Positions 11,008 to 21,827 of a stretch of DNA of 33,569 nucleotides are shown one piece after another. Positions within the stretch are counted from its first letter, which is position 1; every line of letters begins with the position of its first letter. Origin of the DNA: Priapulus caudatus (Eukaryota); NCBI RefSeq assembly GCF_000485595.1, contig NW_014577068.1:1283761-1317329 (forward strand), written 5' to 3'. The position numbers and the translations under genes were made by a program. The notes beneath the pieces are model-generated. The model had not been told where the DNA came from, did not search any database, and saw only the letters and a list, made by a program, of their open reading frames with translations.

Positions 11008-12851
11008 ACAACACAAATTCACTTGCGTGTGTGCAAAAGAAACGAGGCTGTTTTTAAACGGGCCCAGATATAGTTTTCAAGCGTACTTCAAAGTTTAAGC
11101 ACTAATAATCGCATTACGTGTTTGAGTTTTTACTTTGTATTGTTAAAAGTAACACTTTTAAAAATCAGTGCCATCGCAGTGTGAAGGAAGGGTGAAGAAA
11201 GCTGTCCAGGTGTCTTCGTCAAACCACGTCTGCTCCGAGTACCAGCGAAACTGTTACTTCCAGATCGGTGTATTCAGTTGCCAATAAAGCTGTTAAAATC
11301 TCACTAACCTTATGAGAAACACACAAATGCGTTGTAGTTCGTATCAGGCCTAGTGAGCAATGCCTGTTTAAACGAGATTTACATCCGGTGTAATTTAATA
11401 GATTAAATATGCCCTTTCCATAGTCTATTGGAATGAAGGAAGCCTAATTACTAATACTAATACTGGTTAGGTCTAGATACTACTTCCTGGTCGTTTTTAC
11501 GTTTAGAATAGGTAGGGATGCAAGGCTATTAACACTATTTGCCGCAGACTAACTGGTAGAAATTAAATCTAATGAGGTCAAAGGTTAGGGGTCCAGCAGG
11601 TTTAAAACTGGTGTAATCCAGGAGCACAGTATGTGCTGGCGTACACTGCGTGCTCCTTGCTACCATGTAATTCAGTTAAAACTCATCATTATTCAATTAC
11701 TAACATTTGTGCTGCACATGTCGCTATATTACAATTATGTTTTTAAAATGGCGTGAAACTATACGATATGTATACTAATAATTCATTTTATTGTAAATTT
11801 CCTCATTTGTACAGTCAAAGACTGCAACCTATACGTAGACGGAGTTACCTGTATTTATGATACAAATATTATGATGCGAATTATATATTTATGATATGAA
11901 TAGGGAGTAGTATAAATTGATGTGGTTAAGAACAATGGGAAGTAGATAAGTGTTTATATAAATTAAATTAAATGGGAATTTTTTTTATAAAAAACTGCTT
12001 ATTTGCCTGTGTGCTGCAATAACTTGAAATCATTGTATCTGCCCGGCCACGCGTTGGTGTACCTCAAAAACCCACACCATGTTTCGTGGTCGCATATTCA
12101 ATGTTAACATTTAAATTTTCAAAAGTTTTTAACCTCAAACTCATGCACAAAATTTATTGTTAATTAGCTAGATCCTTAGATAATTTTCATTTAAAATCTT
12201 TAATATTTTGTGATATACCAAGTAGCCTACGGTTGTTTCTTTAATTGTGGCATGTAGTTTATTTTAAATACTCTATTACGCAATCACGTTTTGTTTAAAA
12301 AATAGTTCTAATATAGACTTCTATACATCGATTCTAATGTACAGTGAGTAAGTTGTCATTTGAAAAAAAAGAGAAATTAATTGTTATGATGAATATTTAG
12401 GTAAAGAATAGAGGAAATCTATAATGTGAGGTTACTTGTTGTTTCTTACTAATTTTGTTGTTTGTTTACCAATTCTGTTGTTTGTCCACGGCGGCCTGCG
12501 TGCGGTGTACTTGTGTGTTGCAGAGGAGCATTTGAACGGCATTTACAGGAAATTGTCAGTAATAATAGGCGAAAGAGAGTAAAGAAACATTAAGACTTTG
12601 ATAGTAAATACATTTCGTGTTTATTTGCCATCATTTTGTTATTGAAACGTTCCAAGTGCCTGTGGCCGTAATGGTAATATTTTGCCGTAACATACTGCAC
12701 TGCATTTGCGCCCCGACATGAAGGTATGGTTATATTAAAGGAGCCGTGTCACCATTGACAACCTGGCACGTTGCACCTACTGGTTAGCCGCGTTCCTCGT
12801 AGTTACTGCGCAGGATAAGAGACGAACAAGTAACAACACTTGTCTGCTGTG

Positions 12852-12897
12852 AGAGCGCGCGCTCTGATTGGTGTAAATTCGATGGAGTCAAAGGTCA
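12852..12897. promoter_or_regulatory. Candidate cis-element cluster: 14-bp palindrome, reverse CCAAT box and DR1 nuclear-receptor element
   Basis: AGAGCGCGCGCTCT (12852-12865), ATTGG (12867-12871), GAGTCA-A-AGGTCA (12885-12897). Motif match only. Confidence 0.3.
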
Positions 12898-13549
12898 CGG
12901 GGCCCGGGAGTTTTCGGAGTAAAGTGATCCGTGCAGTCCTCCTTTAAATTTATGCGCTAACAAAGCGTTTGGCGAAGGAGTCCACCCTCTAGCAGAGTGG
13001 CACTAATTGTCGGTAACCATCGGCAACCATCGGCATTCGTCGGCGTGAGCCACTCGCGCGTCGAAGTGTTAAATCTAGAAACCGTTTTACTCGTTGTTTC
13101 GTCGAATTGGTGCTTGTGGCCATCGATCTTTGTAATTTTAACGAGTTAGTAAAACTACATGCATTGATCACCGATCGTGCGTCGGAGCGCGCCGCTAAAT
13201 GAAACGGCTTCAGAGCGAAACCGAGAGTTGTTCACGTAGTCTGTTATAGTCGCTATATAGACGCTGCTGCTGTGCGCGTGCATGGACAGCAGCAGCACGC
13301 TGTACGTCTGTAGAACTTTACGAATACACATTATCTCCTTATTCTATTATGCAGCCGAAATAAAAACGCGACGGCGTTCAAAATAATCTCGCGCGTCTCT
13401 CTGTTTTAGCGTGCGTGTGCGTGAGTGTACGCGGCGTGGTGCCGCTGTGTAGTTGCAGCTGGTCGTCTTTGTTGCACTTTGTTCTCAGCGCCCGATGCAA
13501 CGAACAAGATCCAATTTGGGAGCTCCCCGATGCGCACTCATCTCGCACG

Positions 13550-13603
13550 TTAACCGACGAGATGGGGGTGGTAGTATGGAGTAGGTGCTGCAATGCATCC
13601 GAT
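13550..13603 (-). CDS. Candidate terminal coding exon of an unidentified minus-strand gene (IGCIAAPTPYYHPHLVG*)
   Basis: Good acceptor GTGTGTCTTTGCAG|ATC at 13604/13603 behind a long CT tract. Phase-0 reading gives 17 aa + TAA. Downstream CpG-rich then AT-rich sequence has minus-strand AATAAA at 12620-12625 and 12153-12158. The frame and coding status are not established. Confidence 0.3.
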   Translation of the reverse strand: MGCIAAPTPYYHPHLVG

Positions 13604-13618
13604 CTGCAAAGACACACA

Positions 13619-13668
13619 GATATATATATATATATATAGTATTATAGTATAGAAGAGAGAGAGCAAGA

Positions 13669-13702
<34 letters not shown>

Positions 13703-13758
13703 CAGAGAGAGAGAGAGAGGGGGGGGGAGGAGAGAGAAAGAGGAGCAGAGAGAGCGAA

Positions 13759-13792
<34 letters not shown>

Positions 13793-13808
13793 CATGGATA
13801 CGAAGAGA

Positions 13809-13847
<39 letters not shown>

Positions 13848-13891
13848 CAGAGAACGAGAAGCGAGAGATAGAAGAGAGAGAGAAGAGAGAG

Positions 13892-13922
<31 letters not shown>

Positions 13923-14052
13923 TGCGAGAGAGAGAGATACGAGAGATAGAGCTGATAGTGAGAGATACGGAGACGGAGAAAGCGGTAGAGTCAGATAGGA
14001 GAGATAGACGAGGAGAGAGAGAGAGGGAGAGGAGAAGAGAGAGGGGGGGGGG
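13619..14052. repeat. (TA)n then imperfect (GA)n microsatellite
   Basis: Directly visible; source of the SLSL and RERE spurious ORFs. Confidence 0.95.
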
Positions 14053-14478
14053 AGCGACGTACGTGTCGTTTGCCTGCGCCGCGAACGTGGTGACCGACGA
14101 CGGTACTGAACGTGTGTGACCACGCACGCACTGCCAGCTCGTCAATGCCGCCGCCCCGCCCGCGCCTAAGTGACTGTTGCTTGCTCGGCCTCATTGTCGC
14201 AACGGCTGAGGGGCAGCCCGCGCGCGCGCGTGCGTATAAAAAATACGTTGAGAGTATTCCCGCTCCTCCATAAAAATGTCACACCGGTCTCTCTAACAGC
14301 ATAATCATTGAAATGAGCTGGTCATTGTCCCACTTCCTCGGAAAAAGTGGCTTGACGGCTTTTATCAGATCGGGCTGCTGGCTGCGTTGCCGGGTGCGCG
14401 GGATCGTCTAGCGTTTATGAGATTGCGGTCGCAGCCGCAGCCTCTCCGTCGCCTGCCTGCCTGCTGCTTGCGACATGC
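14050..14478. promoter_or_regulatory. CpG/GC-rich island with GC box and several TTTAT/ATAAA motifs; promoter- or enhancer-like
   Basis: CCCCGCCC near 14154-14161, TATAAAA 14235-14241, CCATAAAA 14268-14275, TTTTAT 14360-14365, TTTATGA 14414-14420. High CpG relative to the flanks. Confidence 0.35.
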
Positions 14479-15226
14479 NNNNNNNNNNNNNNNNNNNNNN
14501 NNNNNNNNNNNNNNNNNNNNNNNNNNNNNNNNNNNNNNNNNNNNNNNNNNNNNNNNNNNNNNNNNNNNNNNNNNNNNNNNNNNNNNNNNNNNNNNNNNNN
14601 NNNNNNNNNNNNNNNNNNNNNNNNNNNNNNNNNNNNNNNNNNNNNNNNNNNNNNNNNNNNNNNNNNNNNNNNNNNNNNNNNNNNNNNNNNNNNNNNNNNN
14701 NNNNNNNNNNNNNNNNNNNNNNNNNNNNNNNNNNNNNNNNNNNNNNNNNNNNNNNNNNNNNNNNNNNNNNNNNNNNNNNNNNNNNNNNNNNNNNNNNNNN
14801 NNNNNNNNNNNNNNNNNNNNNNNNNNNNNNNNNNNNNNNNNNNNNNNNNNNNNNNNNNNNNNNNNNNNNNNNNNNNNNNNNNNNNNNNNNNNNNNNNNNN
14901 NNNNNNNNNNNNNNNNNNNNNNNNNNNNNNNNNNNNNNNNNNNNNNNNNNNNNNNNNNNNNNNNNNNNNNNNNNNNNNNNNNNNNNNNNNNNNNNNNNNN
15001 NNNNNNNNNNNNNNNNNNNNNNNNNNNNNNNNNNNNNNNNNNNNNNNNNNNNNNNNNNNNNNNNNNNNNNNNNNNNNNNNNNNNNNNNNNNNNNNNNNNN
15101 NNNNNNNNNNNNNNNNNNNNNNNNNNNNNNNNNNNNNNNNNNNNNNNNNNNNNNNNNNNNNNNNNNNNNNNNNNNNNNNNNNNNNNNNNNNNNNNNNNNN
15201 NNNNNNNNNNNNNNNNNNNNNNNNNN
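14479..15226. other. Assembly gap (748 N)
   Basis: Run of N; ORFs spanning it are artefacts. Confidence 1.

Positions 15227-15267
<41 letters not shown>
15227..15267. repeat. (GA)n microsatellite
   Basis: Directly visible at the gap edge. Confidence 0.95.
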
Positions 15268-15795
15268 GATGACGAGGAGGAGGGAGAGAGTGGCATCTTT
15301 GGGGATAGGGTTGAAGCTGACTGATATAAACTAAGCTGCGACGACGAGTGCAATTTTCAGTAATTCCCGGATTTCTCGATTATCCGTTGTAGTCTGTTCT
15401 CGATAACGTAGTTAACCAGTTTGCTATACAGCTGGAAATGTTGATTGGAGCTCATGGTAACCAAAAAAATGTGTCTGGTACTCTTGGGCCGTCTAGCAGA
15501 GGGATTTCGCGAAATATGCTATGATCAGCAACGGTTATATTTTATCATTCACCGTCAAGCGTTCTACCCGAATCGAGTGGACTGTGTCTGTGGTATATAT
15601 AGTTGTCATCGGGAGGTTGTCATCGGGAAAAGATTTAAAAATACCGCATCCGGCGAAAACGCGCCGAAAATCCGGGGCGATCTAATAGCGATCCCGTGTT
15701 TAGCCGAGAAGATACGGTAGGGGGCGCAATGTGCGAGCATCAAAGCTTCGTCAATTTCTATGAACAGCGGTGATAAAAAAAATGCATGTGAAAAG

Positions 15796-15914
15796 AAGTA
15801 TTGGCTAGGAATTTGGCCGCTGCGGCTGCGGCTGCGGCTGCGGCTGCGGCTGCGCGCCGGGTAGTATTTACGCTCTAAATACTAGCCCGCAGCCAAATCC
15901 AGTGACCAAAGCTT
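15796..15914. repeat. Imperfect inverted repeat (fold-back) with (GCTGCG)6 expanded in the left arm
   Basis: TAGTATTTA-CGCTC-TAAATACTA core (15862-15884). Right arm GCCCGCAGCCAAATCCAGTGACCAAAGCTT mirrors left AAGTATTGGCTAGGAATTTGGC...GGCTGCG...GGG. Hexamer array at 15819-15854. Confidence 0.8.
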
Positions 15915-17439
15915 GCGTAGTTGAAGGTAACAAGTGTGCGGAGGGGGAGTCCAGCAGTGACAGTGCAGCTTTTTTTTGGCCCGCTTGCCGGCAGCGGGCA
16001 GCCAGCTGCTGTACTTGTACGCCTATGCGGCCTATAGTCAAGCGTGGCTGTAGAAACCGGGTTTTTTACGCGGGCTATGTACGAGGGGAGAGCACTTCAG
16101 TCAGAGCCCGGTTGGGCTTATATATATGAACGCCGATAGGCTCCGATAGGCTACTGTTTCAGAACGATATATTACTGGGTCAGGTGTACACAAATTCTAG
16201 AATAAGATATAATCAACACGATCCATAAAGTTTATGGGTCAACAACTAAGCTATAATATCATATGTGAATATACGTTTGAGATATGTACCAATAATGTGA
16301 ATTTTAACCGAGTTTCAGCAGGCTACGCAATAGAAACACCATCATGATTTCGCATTGGCACATTTCCTCATTGATCTATTTCTGGTTTTACTTGAAAGAA
16401 GTATACGAAAACGGCTGTGCAGATACTGATATACTTTCTGTTAGGGCTAACTATAAAGCTGTATTAAAATTGGAGATTTCTGCAGCAGTAACAACATAAT
16501 ATTTAAGTGAATAAGATAACTAATTACAGAAATTTCTTGGTAATTTTGGCCTCGTACGAACCACGCCGCCACTACGAAAACATTACTAAATCTTTTTGTA
16601 CTTGCGTATGCTGTTAGTAAATTGATAGTGAAACTAGTTGGGACAGCTCAATTTCCTTTGCATACAATGGATATATATGCCCTCATGTTTACCGTTTGAA
16701 GTTTTTGAATAGTATTTCTAAAATAGTAACAATACATGCCGGCTTCAAAACAGTTTAACAGTAGGTTGAATAAAGCTATAGACTTAGTGACAGAATACAC
16801 GGGGCCGACCAATATATCAGCTTTTAAGTGGCGTCGTTGGTTTGTAAAATGCACTTGCCATTCTGCAATTTACGTACATACAAACGAGTATACATAAAAC
16901 CTTTTCAGTGTTCATTGCGCAGAGTTGGTAACTATTGTGGTCTCTAATATTGTGCACATTCTCACGTAGTGTAAATTACGATAGCAATACGTAAAGGAGA
17001 GTCTGTGTTTCTGCAGTGTTTATCACCCTACCACTTAGCGGTGTTGTATTCAAGAGGAATATATAATGGTGTGTTCATGCTTTAAAGACTAGTATTGACA
17101 TCAACAAACTAGGGCTATACTTTTTATGTTAATAGGCATAGAACGCAGCGGCCATTAATTTTAGTAGAATCTACCCTCTTAATATAAAGGTTCAACACAA
17201 TATGGGTTAGATTCTGTCTTAGCAGACCAATATTTTAATCATCGTCTAGAAAAGTCGTCTAATCATCAGTATTTAAAACAATTATTTCTAGATATTAAAA
17301 ATGTCTGTCTGAGAAAAAATGTAAATGACATCTCAAACGTACCTCATATGTTTGGCAAAATCACTTGACGAATCACCGTGTGCTACACGACCATGTGGTT
17401 ATTAGTAATGTCAATAACCCAGTAGAGGTGTACATAAAA

Positions 17440-17722
17440 GTAGGGACAGTCAAAGAACAAGGAAAGGGAATCGGATTAGGTGGTAGAGAAGGGAAAGGAG
17501 AAGGAGGAAAGCAGGAATAGGGGAGTGTGGGAAGATGAGTTAAAAGAAGAAGAGAAAAGATGGCCAGGAAGTGGAGGGTGGGGCAGAAACAGTAGGGACA
17601 TAAAGGAATGTAAAGCAGTAGATGGGAATGGAGGCCGATGAAAGAACGGTTAGGTGTGGTGGCGAAGTGAAAGCATTGCACTGGGTGGTGTGAAAAAGGA
17701 GGAGTGGTGGTAGAGGCGGTGG
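17440..17722. repeat. Purine-rich low-complexity tract
   Basis: G/A-dominated plus strand. Confidence 0.8.
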
Positions 17723-19738
17723 CTCTGTGTCATCTTGCAGGTAGACAGCCACGAATCTTACGTCCATACACCAACTTTGTCGGTTACAGAATACTTTTAA
17801 AATAAACGTACTATGCACCCTGCTTCCATGGTCTTCAGTGCAAGTCTGCATTAAATGCATGGACACTGTAATCTCAATGTACGGTTATGTTTGCCCGGCC
17901 ATTGTGAAATTTCCTACCCCACCAATTCTACTCCTCCCACTCTCCTCCTCCCCAGCTTCCTCCTTAGTTACTGCCGTAAATTGCATGCATAGCAGTGGGC
18001 AAACGGCGGCTGTCCCTCTGTCTAACTGCCCGATTGGCAAACAAAAATTGGGCCGATTAATAGGAGCATAAAGATAGTGATAAAAATCGTTCACAATTAA
18101 TTAACATGGGTGGGAACTGGTGCAGAAAAATCGCACGTGTTAGACTAATGAAGCCTAATGAAACATATAATAAGATATATTTCTTATATATATATATATT
18201 TATTTATTTATTTATTTGTTACGAGGTTACTAAGGTAAATAAAAAGGTACATGTGGGTAAAGGTAATAGTAACAAGTGATTGACAGTGTTCACAACGAGA
18301 ATACAGCAGAAAATATGAAGGTTGAAAAGAAAAATCTAATTTTTACATAAAAATGTTTATTTCTCATGTGCATACTACATTTGATTATTTCATGCAGGGT
18401 TAATAATAAATATCTTTTAGACAAATGTCAATTCCACGTTCACTGAAATAAGAAAGGAGGTTAATTGATAAACTTGGTGAAATCTGCAGAAAGACACATT
18501 ATGATGCTTCTGCTATGACAGACGACACTGTCTCTGTGCAAAGTTGTAGTAGTAGGAATAAAGACTTCTGACTGCGTTATTGCAGCGAAAAACGCCCGTG
18601 CCCTGGTAGATACAGAGACTTAGTAAGGAAGTCGTGACACTGGCAGGAATATAAACTGCCTTCGTACCGAATGCCTTACCCAAGTAGAAATGGAGATTGC
18701 CCTAATAAACAGAGAAAGAATTAGCTTGTAAAAAAAGATGTACCCGTTAGCAGTTTAACTTCAACATCAAGACCCTGCTTAATCAAAACGCACGTTGGTT
18801 CCAAAGATGAGGACTCCTGAATCAACTGCAATGGGAGTGAGCAGCATGATTAGAGTTGAGATGGTGGCACACTAAACAGGCAACGCAAGAAGACACGACG
18901 CTAGTAAGAATAGATACCGCAAAGGCAGGTCGCTGTCTCAGTAGATGAGGAGTACACTGGTGTGAAACACCAGAAACTACCTGAGCGCCAGTGATAATGC
19001 CTCATCGGGGAGGGACACTGTCGCCGAACAATCCAATCACCTAGACACTTGGTCCAATAATGCGATTCGAACCACTTTCACTGGCTTCAAACGCACTGTA
19101 ATTGGCCAACACATCGGTCAGTTATAGCGTCCCCGTGGTGGAGCTCAGCATATAGCAGCACACAGTAGTCCGGGGGAAGAGTAAGTCAAATAAACGAGCA
19201 AGCACATGGTGAATTTTCAACGGCTATGTAAACCAAAAGCGCATTCATGAATAGATTTGGCATCCATCCATTCGGAATACTCTTGCTCATGGACGGCAAA
19301 TCTCAGGTGTGCGTTCACATTTTAATTCTCTTCAACACCTATGCGTGATTCCTTGTAGAGAACTTGTAAAGGGTGGAAACCATTCACTTACGTCGAACCA
19401 CAAGCATACCAGTTTCTTTACGGCAGCATACAAACAAAGATGAACGTTTGAAATGGAGAGTCAAATTGGGTTTAGGCAATACGCGGTTCCAAGAATATGT
19501 AATCGTAGCCACAAAAGAACCATCAGCGAAAACTGAAAACTGAAGCCATTCTCTTGCTTTCTCTGAGGTTCGCTGGAAAGCCACTACGCACAGTGAGCGG
19601 TATCTGCTTCAGCTATGTTTGATCAATAGCACGAACAAGTAACGCTACCTAGTAGCCCTAAAAGTTCGCGTGCGCTGTTCTTTGTGGCCGATCACTTCAC
19701 TGTCTCAGGATTCCGATATTGACTGTATGCGTGTTCAT

Positions 19739-19739
19739 A

Positions 19740-19779
<40 letters not shown>
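19739..19779. repeat. (GCAC)n microsatellite
   Basis: Directly visible. Confidence 0.95.
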
Positions 19780-19848
19780 TAATAATATACGTTACTGCTA
19801 GAAAGGTCATATAGCTCAATAAATGTTGTGTTTGTTTTGATTTCTTAG

Positions 19849-19980
19849 GAAGTCTTGAAAATGCTACAGAGAACATCAGGAAGAGAAGTGGTTTAAAGTT
19901 CCAACTGGGGAAGTTATCTGCTGGTGATGCTGTCGCCCTTTTATTTGAGTCATGGCTATCTCAAATCGATCCCAATACAG
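19849..19980 (+). CDS. Candidate internal coding exon (132 bp, phase 1-1), protein unidentified
   Basis: Acceptor TTTGTTTTGATTTCTTAG|GA, donor CAG|GTAAGA, length a multiple of 3. Only one frame is open: (G)SLENATENIRKRSGLKFQLGKLSAGDAVALLFESWLSQIDPNT. No recognised domain. Confidence 0.45.
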
Positions 19981-20428
19981 GTAAGATCATTGTAAACTTG
20001 AATGTGAGCTCGTGTTGGGCCATTCTATCAAGAACCTATCCAGGAGTGATATTATACCAGTCCTATGACTTAGTAAAGCTGCATAAAAAATACAACCACA
20101 CTGTCACATATTGTACAGGTTATGTTATATCGAAACACAATTTGTGAGCCGCTAATAGTTAGTTATACGTTTAGACGTTTAGAGGATGCATTTAAGCTAT
20201 TATGTACCTGAACCAATGTTTGCTATTATATACATAATACAATTGAAAAAGAAACATATTCATATCCATGCTGACAAGAAAAATCTGGTTGCTGCTTTTT
20301 AATAAATATACTTTACACATAACCTGTGTGGGTTGCCCACGTTGTAACAATATGTCGTGAACTGCATACAAATGTATTTAGAATCGGTCGTATACGGTCC
20401 TTGATTATACGTGTAGTTACATTGCACA

Positions 20429-20619
20429 CTGGCGACATCTACGTTCAAATATGAAGTTCGCCGTTGTTAGCAAACTGCATGCAGTGCCCCTTCCCACACT
20501 CAGGATTGAATTGAATTGAGCCAGAGCGAGAGCGCCATCTGTCGTGGAGTTTGCGTTGTTAGTTAACAAAACTGTTGAAACGTTAGGTTTCATTGTTTTC
20601 TGGCGGTAGATGGAGCCAC
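20429..20619. promoter_or_regulatory. Cluster of three CTCF-like motifs
   Basis: Minus AACGTAGATGTCGCCAG (20429-20445), minus CCACGACAGATGGCGCT (20531-20547), plus TGGCGGTAGATGGAGCCAC (20601-20619). They resemble the CCNNNAGRKGGCGC core. Confidence 0.35.
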
Positions 20620-20974
20620 TTTATTGAACGTTACAGCTATGCAGTATTTTGATGTTTATAATTAAGTATTCTATCAATAGGTGGCACCACAAGTTGTGCT
20701 TTCTGTCATTGCAGCTTGGGTTCCTCTGGTTAAAATTTAATTTATAATAAAATTTAGTTAGAAACTTTTGTTCGAGATGTATTATATTATTATTAGGGGA
20801 TTGAACCTTACACAACTAAATATTATACAACTACTTACTAGGAATACATAATATACACAATGCATTAATAAACATCATTATAGTGGATATATGTGTGGAT
20901 CTAGTGGTATAAATATTTATATATATCCATACATGGTTTCCTAAATTGTATATTCGAAATTCTGTTATGCCTCG

Positions 20975-21075
20975 CATGCAGGCACACGCGCGCACACACG
21001 CATACGCACGCGCGCACACGCACGCACATACGCCACACGGACACAGACACCCACACCTACAGACACACACAGGCA
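20975..21075. repeat. Degenerate (CA)/(CG) microsatellite
   Basis: Directly visible. Confidence 0.85.
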
Positions 21076-21770
21076 GAGGCTGAAAGTAAATCATGTGAGA
21101 CAGTAGAACAGGCAATAAATCTCGTATCAAATAGAGATGTTGATAAGTGTTATCTTGTATGATTATTATGTAGTATGTAGTAAATGTAACATTTTACGAT
21201 GATAAACTTGATTAAGCATTTATATGTTGTGTCCCCTCAGGTTTAGGTTGATAGCAAATTTGTGCTTATATATGAGTAAAACCATGCTTTCCACCCCATA
21301 TTGATTATTTCAGTTATCATCAAAATGGACAATAAATTTAAATTATCATTAAACTGGTTATAACCATAACTGGTACTGTTAAGACTAGTAGTTGGTACTA
21401 ACTACGCTACCTCTCCGTAGGTTAGATTGGGTTAGTTACAGTTAAAATCTATTGTAATTCATAACTCGGTTTGAAGCATTTACTCATCACACGGTTTGGG
21501 GATGTTTATGCTATCCATGGTTGTAGGACAATGTATTATATTATTAAAAGATAGGATTAATTTTAATATTGCACAAATATTAAACAATGCTTACCAATAA
21601 ATGCTTAGATGGTTGTGTCAGGCAGTGTATGTCTATTCTGAAATCGCCCTTAATTTAGCTGTATTATAATTATTCATATGTAAATAAATGGTTTCTTTAA
21701 CTGATTATGGATTATTGCGTATCAGCTGCATCAGAGTACATGTCGATTGGAAAAATTTATATTGGGTGTA

Positions 21771-21777
21771 TTATATA

Positions 21778-21823
<46 letters not shown>

Positions 21824-21827
21824 TATA
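21771..21827. repeat. (TA)n microsatellite
   Basis: Directly visible. Confidence 0.95.

Noticed and set aside
14387..15353. Long ORFs across the gap
   Set aside because: Consist of X from N bases.
16079..16556. Possible mariner-like TACGAGG...CCTCGTA termini
   Set aside because: Only 8 bp of inverted identity and no internal transposase similarity.
17221..17310. Imperfect inverted repeat (CAGAC...TTTTAAT...TCTAGAAA)
   Set aside because: AT-rich and gapped; no definable termini or TSD.
17604..17624. miR-1-like sequence AGGAATGTAAAGCAGTAG
   Set aside because: Within a purine tract with no pairing 5' arm.
19982..20004. bantam-like sequence TAAGATCATTGTAAAC
   Set aside because: Seed mismatch, no complementary arm, and it overlaps the splice donor.
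20884..20907. miR-279-like sequence on the minus strand (CCACTAGATCCACACATATATCCA)
   Set aside because: Seed position differs (CC versus UG start) and the flank cannot form a full precursor hairpin.
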